Of a stretch of 64,000 nucleotides of DNA, positions 52,430 to 64,000 are shown piece after piece; the stretch's first letter is position 1, and the number at the start of each line of letters is the position of its first letter. Source of the DNA: Camelus dromedarius (taxonomy: Eukaryota); NCBI RefSeq assembly GCF_036321535.1, contig NC_087447.1, positions 41,790,001 through 41,854,000 of the forward strand. The letters run 5' to 3'. A program made the translations under genes and the position numbers. The notes under the pieces are model-generated. The model searched no databases. It saw nothing but the letters and a program-made list of their open reading frames with translations, and had not been told where the DNA came from.

Positions 52430-53600
52430 AGCTTTTTATGAGGCCAGGATTACCCTGATCTTAGAACCAGGCCAAGATATTACAGGAAAAGAAAATAACA
52501 GGCTAATGTCCTTAGTGAAGATAGGTAAAAGTATCCTTAACAAAATATTAGCAATTTGAAACTAATAATATATAAAATAGATCATGTACTGTGACCAAAG
52601 GGCTTTATCCCAGGAATACAAGGATTGTTTAACACTCCATTAAAAGACAGAAAAAATGTATAGTCAGAGATGACTTTTGACACGATGACATGAGATGCTT
52701 CTGCAGAACCTCTTCCCTATAAAACCAGTAACCAGTGAAAGTTGAAACAAAGAACCAAACACAAAAACCTCAATCAACCATTTAAAGTCTCTGTAAATGG
52801 TCCTAAGGGCATATAGCAAATGAAGAAACATTTATTCAAGAAAATCTACTAAATCTTAGAACAGTGAGAGTCTGGCATTTGAGCCACGATGTGCACCGTT
52901 CTTCTGCTACAGGTCAGCAGTAGAAGACTTACTCAGGGGAGGTTCAAACAAGTACATAGGGCTCCTTCCTCCATCCCACCCCCTCAGCTCCCAGTCTAGG
53001 ACTGTGGTTTTCCCCCAGAAGGGGCAGGAAAAATATTAAAAGAATTAAACTTCCACTCATACTGAAAAAAATTTTCCCCTTATATTAGGACTGTAAGTAA
53101 AATTCCCTAATCTGATGAAGTTCATCTTCAAAAGACTTAAAGCTAACATTCTACTTAATAGACTAATATCGAAACAATTTTCCCCTAAGATTGGGAACAT
53201 AATAAAGACCTCTAATTGAAAACTCCAAAACATTGTTGAGATAATGTAAGAAGATAAAGCAATAGATAAATCGTGTTCATGGATTGGATTTCACAGAATG
53301 GTCAACAACCTTCTTGTATTAACCTATTGTTGCAATATAGCCCCAAACATAATAATCCCCATGGAATATTTTGGTAAAAGTTAACAAGATGATTCTAAAA
53401 TTTATATAGAAATTCAAAGGACTTAGAACAACCAAAAAGTCTTGAAGGAGGAAAAGGCTGAAAGATTATATTCTGTAATTTCAAGATTTATTATAAAGTT
53501 GTAGAATTCAAGATAGCATTGTATTTTAGCATAAAACATACAAATATTGTAGATCAATTGAACAGAATAGAGAATCCAGAAGAAGACTCACATAAAGCAC
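52430..53600 (+). mobile_element. Patchwork of old L1 ORF2 and 5'UTR fragments
   Basis: 'tttatgaggccaggattaccctgat...ggctttatcccaggaatacaagg', a 5'UTR-like insert at about 52670-53030, and 'tagatcaattgaacagaatagagaatccagaa'. Confidence 0.65.
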
Positions 53601-53990
53601 AAATCTTGTATTGCCAAGATAATCTTACTGGTAAATCAGTACAGTACAGAGATAATATAAAACTAAATCTTATATCTAAAGCAGCTCGTTTTTTCAGTGT
53701 TGGAAGAAATTGATTATTTTTTCCACCTGAGCGCTGGATGAAATTGTTAGTGTAGTTTGGGTTTGTGTTACTTGAAAATGATAAATTATGGCTTAAATTC
53801 TTGAATCATACACAGTACTAAGATTTTTTCCCCTAAAAGACCTTCCTGAATTGAGGTCAACTATGTAGAAAAGAGGTTTCCATTTCTCATCTTACGCTCA
53901 TTCTAGGGTATAATCTCACTGAGTAGAATATTAGGTAGAATTGCCTACACTACATTCATGGTGTTTTCTGTCACTGTCTCTGTCTGTCTG

Positions 53991-53998
<8 letters not shown>

Positions 53999-54046
<48 letters not shown>
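53999..54046. repeat. (AC)n microsatellite
   Basis: Uninterrupted AC run preceded by TC-rich tract. Confidence 0.95.
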
Positions 54047-54048
<2 letters not shown>

Positions 54049-54160
54049 CTACACATACTTTGGTGTTGGCTAAGCTCGTTTAGTTTAATTCCTGAATTTA
54101 AATGCATGTGTGTGTGTGCCATTCCCTTTTTCTAATCTTTATTGGTTGTTCTTCTAATTT

Positions 54161-54305
54161 TTTTTTTAGTTTTTTTTCCTTATTTTTTGGTGAGGGGGAG
54201 GTAATTAGATTTATTTATTTGTTCTTAGAGAGGTACTGGGGATTGAACCCAGAACCTCATGCATGCTAATCATGCACTCTACCACTTGAGCTATACCCTT
54301 CCCCA
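54161..54305 (-). mobile_element. tRNA-Ala-derived SINE (Vic-1-like)
   Basis: Reverse complement: ggggaagggtatagctcaagtggtagagtgcatg...gggttcaatccccagtacctc...ctaattacctcccc and A tail; TSD tggttgttcttctaattt 54143-54160 and 54306-54323. Confidence 0.93.
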
Positions 54306-55565
54306 TGGTTGTTCTTCTAATTTATATCCTCTTTCATTCCTATCACAGAAATTGTGGCTTTGGTATAGATAGCAAGTTGGCTTAAATTGCCAGAATTAAT
54401 CTTCTCATTCTAGAATATTAGATGTTTCCAGAAAACAGATCTGTGATAAATAATGTGTTATATGATTACATAGTAGCCCTGGCAATGACTTACGATATAC
54501 CTCTGTCTCATGTTTGAGAAAGTTAAGTTCTATTTTAGAGTAGGCCAGAGTTTTTCACATATGACTTCATGCTTCAGCTAATCACGACTCTGTGTAGGTT
54601 GCAAAAATGTCAACTTTGGCCTTGTACTCACTTTTTAAAAATAGATCTCTACTTAGAGTAAAATGTTTTAAAACTAAATATAGCAATAAAATTATCCATT
54701 TTCTAAGAAGGTGTAAAACCGCTTAGTATATTACTTTCTCTAAGAAAAAAAGTAGGGTATTAGTTAAAATTTGATCGCCAAATTCAGAAATTTTCTAGGG
54801 CCCTAGACCCTTGCTGTTCTCTTGGGGTTTATTATTTTAATTTCTGTTACTTAAAGTTACCAACTTTGCTTTTGCTCTACTTTTGTTTATGATTTGAAAA
54901 ATTATTTTTAAAAATATTTTCTTCAGATTATGTTTGACTTATTTTTTCCTTTATAGTTGAGTTTAATTATATTTGTTAATTTTAAATTTTAAATTTCTTA
55001 TAAATTTAACATTTCTTATAAAGTATATAGTTTCACACTACAAAGAAATTGAATTAAACTACTTGAGTATGCTAAATTGGGCTAATATCCTCTGGATCTC
55101 TTCCAAATGAGAGAAACATGGAAGCAAAACCCAAAAACTCCCTAGAAATCTATGGGGAACTGAGATTTAATCATCACCGACAGTATTCTTAGTTTTAGAT
55201 CATTTCATGCTTCGTTAAATATAACTCCTTCTGCAGCAAAACACAAAAATATACACTGGATCACCTACACAGTCCTAAATGTCTTTCATGACTATAATGC
55301 TAATACTTTTTGAAGGGAGAGAAGATGAGATATAGGTCCTCTTCTCCCTCTCATTCCCACAATTATCTATATTGCAAACCTTAAATAGTAATAATTGTTT
55401 GCATTTATTATGTATACTGGGCATTATTCCTGAGTACTTATATGGAAACATTCACTTCATCGAGTCTTTATGAAGTACTTTCTTTATGTACAGAATTGTA
55501 CTAAGCAATATGGATACTTTCTGTTAATGTATAGTTATTGGGGTGACAAGTCTGCTTATAAGAAA

Positions 55566-55709
55566 GTTTTTTTACTTGTATTTATTTATTGGTGTGTTGG
55601 GGGAGGTATTTAGGTTTGTTTATTTATTTTTAGAAGAGGTACTGGGGATTGAACCCAGGACCTCATGCATGCAAACCATGCGCTCTACCCCTTGAGCTAT
55701 ACCTTCCCC
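55566..55709 (-). mobile_element. tRNA-Ala-derived SINE (Vic-1-like)
   Basis: Same structure as the 54161 copy; TSD ctgcttataagaaa 55552-55565 and 55710-55723. Confidence 0.93.
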
Positions 55710-56469
55710 CTGCTTATAAGAAATTGAATGTAGAGTATGGTATGTTGTATAGTAAATAATGTATAGAGGCTAGAATAATTAGGGAAGATGTCAAATGGAG
55801 GAGGGTACCCAGGTAGAGAAATTACGCTTCTTGAAAATTGTGGGCAAGTTTATGGGAAAGTTTGTTATTTTTTGATCTAGAAATTTCTTCCTTCTTAGGA
55901 TCCTTTAGATCTATTGTTTGTGCTACTCATTTGGCACCAACTATATATTAGTTTGTATTGTTTACCCTTTAACTTACCTATGTAGTCCCCAAACTTGATT
56001 GTATTCCTAAAATGTGAAGGTGGTATTATGCTTCATTATACTTAATTTGTAGCATAGTATCTTGCATATAGTCGGTACTCAGTGTTGCTTTATAGTTAAA
56101 TCATCTCTTGAAGGTATGTTGATGCATTTCCAATAATTATTTCTCAAGTACCATTTTTTTTTGTATTTTCCTTCATGAGAATGCTGTAACATTAAAGTTA
56201 GATTTCTTAGTAGAAGCTACTTTCCCCCCTAACTTCTAGAGCTGGAAATTTAAGGAGCAGGGGGGAAAGGATGTGTATTTGATTTAACATACATGCCTAA
56301 CACTTGGGACTTAGGAAGTGGGAAATTATCTTTTGGCTGTTTGATTATATCAGGTTTTGATAGTTTTATGAATTCATTTGTCATAGTATATTTATGTCTA
56401 ATACGTGGACATGCTCCCTTCTACCTGGGTCAGTGTTTGATTAAGACCTACCAATTCTTCTTTCACTAG

Positions 56470-56968
56470 GTTTATTTATCTAATTGTGATAAAACATACA
56501 TAACATAAAATTTACCATTTTGAATATTTTTAATGTACAGTTCAGTGACATTAAATATATTCACATGTTGTGCAACCATTACTACTATCTCTAGGACTTT
56601 TTTATCATCTCTTGTAGAAACTCTGTATACATTGAACAATAACTTCTCATTCCAGCCTCCTCTTCCAGCCCCTGCTAACCACTCTTCTATCTTCTGTCCC
56701 TATGAATTTGACTTTTCTAGGTATTTTATATAAGTGGAATCCTACAATATTTGTTCTTTTGTATCTGACTTATTTAATTTAGCATATTAGCTTCAAGTCC
56801 ATTCATTTTATAGTGTGTATCAGATTGTCACTCTTTTAAAAGGCTGAACAATAATTCTGTTATATGTATATATCACATTTTGTTTATCCATTCATCCATT
56901 GATAGACATTTTGGATGTTTCTACCTTTTGGCTATTGTGAATTATACTGCTATGAACATTGGTATACT
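56470..56968 (-). mobile_element. L1MB-like 3' end, antisense
   Basis: 'aaaacatacataacataaaatttacc...gtacagttcagtgacattaa...ttatccattcatccattgatagacatt'. Confidence 0.85.
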
Positions 56969-58288
56969 CACAAAATTCTGTGTATTTGTGTACTTCCTAT
57001 TTCTCCCCACCTTCTTTTCAGTTAACGTAATTCTTTTGAGAGTATGTTTTTAAATAACCATTAGTTTTGCCTTGGTTTGGTGTATGGTTCCAAATCTTTT
57101 TAAAGGGTGACTATTCTTTTAAAATGTATAGATTCCCTAAAATTTAACTTAGAAAACAATCTTATTTCTTTGGTTTCCAGATTTTTTGAGTACCTGACTG
57201 CCCTCTGTACACATAAAATTTGTTAACAAGAGGTATAAAGTACTCTGGGCATCTATGGAGGCTGTAAGAGTTATTTTATAAAGTAAATCATGGACATGTT
57301 TATAGAGGAGGTAAGGTTGAGCTAAAACTTGAGAAATTTGTAGTCCTTTGATGAATGGTTGGAGGATGAGGCAGGCATTCAAAGAAGGAACATTATGGAA
57401 GATACAGAATCAAGGAAGTCCCAGATATGTTTGAAAACAATGAAAGTTTTATTGGCAAGTAAGTTATTTAGGCTGAAGAAATACAATAAGAGAGAAGTCT
57501 GGAAAATATGTTGGGACTAGGATTTCCATAAGGAAGTCTTTGAATGCTGGGCAGTGGAATTTGGTTTCTTTAGTTTCTTTTATCCAATGACTTTGTTACT
57601 TTGGGATCTAGGATGAATAGTAAGGTGTGTGAAGTGAAGAGTGGCTGAGAAGTAGCAGACACTATGATGTGGATTTATAGTTTAAGGGAAAGATAGAGAT
57701 GGTGAGAAGATGAGAATGTGAGGGCTAGGAATAAGGAAAGGTTTGAATTTGATGTTTTAGAGGTAGAATAATTTCATATTATAATGAGTCTTAACATTAG
57801 ACCTTTGCCAGTGAGTAATAGGGAGGAAGATTTAGAAAGTGATTTGAGCATATTAACTCATTAACTGAGTAGACATTTAATTTACTCTACTCCAAGGAGT
57901 GTCCTAGGCTATGATGATTAATAGGTGAATAAAACACCATTTTGCTTTTAAGGGTCTTACTCTGGTAAGTAGATTTTATTTTTTGTAAAGTTTTGGTAGC
58001 TTAATTCCTTAAAATATTTATTTTGTAGCTTAACTCCTTAAAATGTTCATATTACAGAAAACAGTTCAGCTAGTTCATTAAAAAAAAAACCCTACTATAA
58101 TTATTATTTTGATAGAGTGTAGATTAAAATTTAATGTGGGAAATCTATTAAAATTGATTAGTTCTTAACATACAGAATCATGGGGCTATATAATTTCACT
58201 ATTTAAGAGGGTCAAGTATTTCAAGTTCTCAAAGTTCTGTAAATATTTATTTTCACGTGTTTTTTAAATTGAGGTATAGTAAACTGTA

Positions 58289-59985
58289 CATTTTATGAGG
58301 CCAGCATTGCTCTAATATCAAAATCAGACAAAGATGCCACAAGAAAAGAAATTTACAGGCCAATATCACTGATGAACATAGATGCAGAAATCCTCAAGAA
58401 AATATTAGCAAATTGAACTTAACAATACTTTAAAAGATCATATATTATGATCAAGTGGGGTTTATTCCAAAGATTCAAAGATGATTCTAAATCCACAGAT
58501 CATCAGTGTGATACACTACATTAGCAAAATGAAGGATAAAAATCATGACCATCAATAGATGCAGAAAAGCATTTGATAAAATTCAACATCAATTTATGAC
58601 AAAAACTCTCAGCAAAGTAGATATAGATGGAACATACCTCAGTATAATAAAAGCTGTGTATGGCAAGCACACAGCTAACATCATATCAACAGTGAAAAGC
58701 TGAAAGCTTTTCCTCCAAAGATCAGAAACAAGACAAGGATGCCCACTCTTGCCACTGGTATTCAACATGGTATTGGAAGTCCTAGCCAGAGCAATTAGGC
58801 AAGAAAAAAGAAATAAAAGTCACCAAAATGGGAAAGGAAGAAGTGAAATTGTTATTATTTGAAGATGACATGATATTGTATACAGAAAACCCTAAAGATT
58901 CCATCAAAAAACTGTTAGAACTAATAAACAAGTTTAGTAAAATTGCAGGATACAAAAATCAATACACAAAAATTTGTTGAATTTCTATACACTTATTATA
59001 CTGTATAGAAATTATTTCTATATACTAATTTTCAGAAATTTCCTGAAGGAGAAATTAAGAAAACAATTCCATTTATAATTGTATCAAAAAGAATAAAATA
59101 CCTAAGAACAAGTTTGTCCAAGGAGACAAAAGACCTGTATATTGAAAACTATAAGACATTAATGAAGGAAATCAAAGAAGGCAGAAGTAAGTGGAAATAT
59201 ATTCCTGTGCTAATGGATTGGAAAAACCAGTATTGTTAAAATGTTCATACTACACAAAGCAATCTACAGATTCAGTGTAATCTCTATCAGAATTTCATGG
59301 CATTTTTCACAGAAATAAAACAAATAATCCTAAAATTTGTATGGAATCACTAAGGACCTTGAATAGCTAAAGCAATTTTGAGAAATGAGAACAAAGCTGA
59401 GGGTATTCTCCCTAATTTCAAGCTATATTACAAAAGTATAGTTATTAAAACAGTATATTCTTCGCATTAAAAACAGACATCATAGATCAATGGAATAGAA
59501 CAGAGAGTCCAGACACTTTTAAACCCACACATATACAGTCAATTAATTTATGACAGAGGAGCCAGAAATATACAATGGGAAAAGGACAGTCTCTTCAGTA
59601 AGTGGTATTGGGAAAACTGGATAGTCATATGCAAAGGAATGAACTGGACTACTATTATACACTATATACAAAAATTGACTCAAAAATAGACTAAAAACTT
59701 GAATGTAAGACATGAAACCATAAAACTAGAAGAAAACATAGGTGGTAAACTCCTTGATATCAGTCTTAGCAATGATATTTTTGAAAGTGACACCAAAAGC
59801 AAAAGCAACAACAAAAAATATAAACAAATAGGACTACATCAAACTGAAAAGCCTCTGCATAGCAAAAGAAACCATCAACAAAATGAAAAGACAACCTACT
59901 GAATGAGAGAAAATATTTGCAAATCATATATCTGGTAAGGGGTTAATATCTAAAACATAAAATAAGGACTCATGCAACCCAGTGG
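58289..59985 (+). mobile_element. L1 ORF2 (RT and downstream) fragment
   Basis: Collinear with 27060-28725; 'acaagacaaggatgcccactc', 'tttgaagatgacatgata' (decayed FADD), ORF 59699 'NVRHETIKLEENIG'. Confidence 0.92.
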
Positions 59986-60014
59986 CAGACTTTCAATTTT
60001 GATTTGATGCTCTT

Positions 60015-60900
60015 TTTTAGGTTGGGAAGTTTTCTTCTATTCCTAGTTTGCTGAGAGGTTTAAATCATAAGTAGATGTTATATTTTTCTCTAAGTATTTT
60101 TCTGTCTCTATTGAGCTGATTGGTATTTTTTTTTAGTCTCTTGATGTGGGGAATTATACTGATCAATTTTCAAATATTGATTTAGTCTTTAATTCCCAGG
60201 ATAAACTCCAGTTAGTAGGATGTGTTATTCCTTTTACATATTGCTGGATCCAGTTTGCTAATATTTTATTGGGGATTTTTTCATCTGTATTCAAGCAGGA
60301 TATTGATCTCTAGTTTTCTTGTTATGTCTTTGTCTGGTTTTGGTCTCAAGGTTGTGCTCACCTCAGAAAACAGGTTTGGAAATGTTACTTTTCTACTTTA
60401 AAGTTTTTATATAGAATTAATGTTATATTTTCCTGAAATGATTAATTGAATTTGCTCATGAAGCTATAAGGCTTAAGACTTTTTTTTTTTCTTTCTTTCT
60501 TTCTTTTTTTTTTTTTGTATAAGGATTTTAAAGTAGAAATTCAAAGATATAGGACTGTTTGGGATATCTGCTTCTTCCTGAGTGTGTTTGAAATTGTTTT
60601 GTCTTTAAAAATATTGTCCATTTTATCTGAGTTGTTGAGTTGTTGGGATGAAGTTATTTTAAATACTCCCTTATTATAGTATTAGTGTTTTTAGTTCTGT
60701 GGTACTTCTAAAAAAAAAATCCTGATGGAGATAATTTATGTCTTCTCTTTTTAATTTGCTCAATCTTGCTAGAGATTTTTAAATTTTATTGAACTTTTCA
60801 GAGAACCAGCTTTTGATTTCATTGATTTTTCTCTATTATTTTTCTGTTTTCTGTATTTTTTTTACCCCCTCCGACCTTTATTATTTATCTTCTTCTGCTT
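60015..60900 (-). mobile_element. Old L1 ORF2 fragment, antisense
   Basis: 'ttcttctattcctagtttgctgagag...tttgctaatattttattggggatttt...agagaaccagcttttgatttcattgatttt'. Confidence 0.85.
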
Positions 60901-63169
60901 CTGTTCCATGCTGGATTGGATACTTGAAGGGAACCCTCTGTGCATCTCTGGAGTTTTCCCTCTTAGCATTTTTTTCTTCTGTGCTACCCTGCTATGCAAA
61001 CTCTAGCTCCCTTGGTCTTTCTGGATATCTGCTCTGTCTTCTCAACTTGGGGAGTCTGTTGGAATATCCCTCTCTGTGCTGCAACATGGAAACTCAATAT
61101 GGGAAGTTGAGGCAATTCTAGGGGTCTTCATCTTTCGTAGTTCACTGCCCTTTGTTACCTTATGTCCAGTATCTTGAAAACTGTTACTTTATATATTTTG
61201 TCCAATTTTTTTCATTGTTAAATCTGCTTTTGGCAAGAGATTAAATCTAGTCCCTTGTTACTCCATCTTGGCCCATCATTTACTTTTTAATTGCTTTTCT
61301 TGTCTTTTTATCTAAATGGTAAAGCCTTTAGGATGGAAGATAGCTTTTGTACTCCTTATAGTATGGAGTATAGGGTCTTGTATTCTGTCAGTGCTTATTG
61401 TGAATTTGACTTATTACTTGAATTTACTTGAACTGAAAGGAAGAGGGAGATAAAGCAGAAGAGTAAAGCCATCATCTGACTGCATATTCCCTGCTTGTCA
61501 AATGAACGTCCCCTGGATCCTGGTAAAAGAACTTCTAAACTCTACTCCCAAATGACAGCTCTAACCCTTACACCTGGATTACAATAGACATCATCTGACC
61601 CACCTGGTTCATTTAGCTTTAGTTTTTATAAGAATGTGTAACTTAAAAGGTTGGTAAAATATTGAGGGGGGAGAAATCTATGGGAAAATCACAGATTAGG
61701 AAACAGTCTCAAAAAATTTTCTCAATGCTGACTCCAAATCATCCAGTTCCATGTCTAATCTGAAGATTGAGTTTTGTTTTGTTCTCAAAAATGTTCAGCA
61801 GTTATTGTTTCTTCATCATTTCTTTTGGTTCTTTTCTTTTAAACTCACATTAAATAAAGTATTAGAGCCTTTCAGTCTACCTTGCATGTCTTTTAGCTGT
61901 GGTTTCAATTAAATTTTTTTCTGATTCTTTGTGCTGACTACTTGGTGAATGTATCAGAACTATTTTCTAATTCAAGAATTCTGTCTTCAGTTTATCTAAA
62001 GGGTTTATTTCATCTATTAATTTTTTATTTCAATGAGTATATTTATTTTCAAATTTTCTAATTGGGTTCTCTTCATATCTAGATTTCTCTTCTTGCTTTT
62101 GCTATCATTATTTGTTCATTTTCAATTGAAATTTGCTTTCATTTATCTCTTTGAACATTCTTTATGGACTTATTACAGTTATTATTTATTTCTATAAAAT
62201 TAATTTCATACTGAGTATATTCATGTTTTGATTATTGCTTTTTCTGGTTATACTTTTTAGCATTAGATTTCTCTGTATGATTTTGAGTATTGGTTTGCCA
62301 CTCATTTTGAATGGGAGTTGTTTTTCTCTCCTCTTCCTGTCTCCAGGTGTTCAGTTTATTTTCACTTTCACCCTCTTTGTCCCTAGTCCAGAACCAAGGC
62401 TTATTTCAGAATTTCAGTGATTCTATCACAAGTTATGTTGGAGATACAACAGAAACATTCAGTACTTTGATTCATTTTCTGGTGCTAGGCTAATGGGTTA
62501 TGGCAGCTCACCTACCCTGACCACCACCCCCAAGAAGGCATTTTTCTAAAAGCCCTAGCTGAAGGTTGACTGCTGTTGTGTGTGTGCATGTGCACTTGTG
62601 CGTGCCTGTGTGTTTACTAGCCTTCTTTCTTGAACCAGCTCATTGCTTGGAGGCAAGGGCTGATATGCTGCTGATCTCTGTCACTCCTTTTTAAGGTCTG
62701 TAATCAGCAGGCCTGTGCTTTTAGCCAAATGTTTAAAAACCATTTCTGTTTTAATACTGGCTGGCCATTGCAGTTGTTTATCTTGTTTTTGAACTTGACT
62801 GTATCTCTTTTGTTATCTTTTCATGTATTTTATATGTCCTGGCCATGTGTTTGGTGTACAGTTGGGTGACTGAAAGTTCACTGTTATGCCATCCTGATTT
62901 AAAGTCGCATTCCTAGGTTAGTACCTTTCAGAATAAATATATGTGCTTTAACTTCTCTTGATTCTCAGTGGACATGGAAAGGCGAAGAAAACTAAGGATT
63001 ATAAATCAAATGTTATTATTTTACTGGCCCTTTGCAATAGACAATACATAAATGGTTTCTTTATAGAGTATTGCTAAGTTGTGATTGCTTAGTTTTATTT
63101 TAAATTCTGAGTTATTCTCCATGAATTTCTGCTACCTAAGTCTTCTGAACACTGTTGTACAACGGGACA

Positions 63170-63325
63170 TTGTTAACCCAGAAGTCTGAGATCCTGGAGC
63201 CTACCTGGGTGAATCTGGGCAGATTATTTCACCTTTCTATATTTGTTTCCTCCTTTATAAAACAGGTATAATAGCTGCTTTCACTATCTCATGGGGTAGT
63301 TGTGAGCATTGTGGAAGATAATAGA
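63170..63325 (+). mobile_element. MIR relic
   Basis: 'ctgggtgaatctgggcagattatttcacct...tttcctcctttataaaacaggtataatag...ggtagttgtgagcatt'. Confidence 0.6.
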
Positions 63326-64000
63326 GTCAAATTCAACAAAGATTTACTTAGTATCTATTTGGAGAGAAATACAGTGCTAGGTTCTAAGGAAGTAATTGAA
63401 TAAAACACAGTCCTATGGTTATTAATAATATAGTGGAACATACAGCCTCTTTTATTATCAGTTGTAATACCAGATAGTCTGTGATAAGTGCTCAAATACA
63501 GATATTAAACAGTGAATTAAGAGGACCTCTCCTATGAATGACTGACTTAGTTGTGCTTTTTCAAGGGACAGGTTTTCTCTTTTATATTTAATTTTTTGAT
63601 AATGTAATAATTGAAAGGAAGATTTTCCCCTCCAGGCTGCTTTTCAGAGGTTGTTACCTCTGAAATTCCAAGGATACATTCATTCTGCTATTATCCAGAT
63701 ACATTTAGACTGAGCATTTGCAGTAGAACATTTTGTTCGATTTGTTGTATTTTTTTTTCCCAAGCTACAAAGATAAACAGCTTAAGCAGATAACCATCTC
63801 TGGTTGCTGCTTCTAACAATAATATTTAGCAGCCAGTGAATATTCTGTAAGTGGCTTTCTCAGAAAGGCTGCAATAAGTAAACAAGTATACTGGGTGACT
63901 GATAGATGGTAGAATTTAAAGCTGGCCAATTGCCCATATCAGGCTAAAACATTGCTTTCCTGTTTTGGTAAATAATACTCATCTTGTTTAGACAGGTCTT

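Noticed and set aside
25340..54046. Same 'tctctcttacacac' junction in two compound microsatellites (about 25351 and 53991)
   Set aside because: Low-complexity convergence; flanks are unrelated.
1..64000. CRISPR arrays, operons or other prokaryotic systems
   Set aside because: Sequence is mammalian repeat-rich DNA; no repeat-spacer array or dense coding structure is present.

Overview
AT-rich mammalian non-coding DNA dominated by interspersed repeats. The tRNA-Ala-derived, Vic-1-like SINEs suggest a camelid (inference). No intact protein-coding gene is recognisable: the ORF track is explained by decayed LINE-1 ORF1/ORF2 pieces, their antisense frames, a processed RPL6 pseudogene (about 32380-33302, with 5' pyrimidine leader, poly(A) and target-site duplication) and chance ORFs. 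The window holds several generations of L1, an MER21-like LTR, MLT1 LTR remnants, MIR and L2 relics, three tRNA-derived SINEs and microsatellites. Two structures stand out. (1) A young, TSD-flanked element of about 3.06 kb (43573-46630) made of a CpG-rich L1 5'UTR, ORF1 and the L1 3' tail, with almost all of ORF2 missing (half-L1/HAL1-like architecture). (2) A tRNA-SINE fused to an internally deleted L1 3' segment, with one TSD around both, inserted in a MIR (38582-40495). Novelty cannot be established from this window alone. Repeat family names come from remembered consensus motifs, and boundaries of old repeats are approximate.
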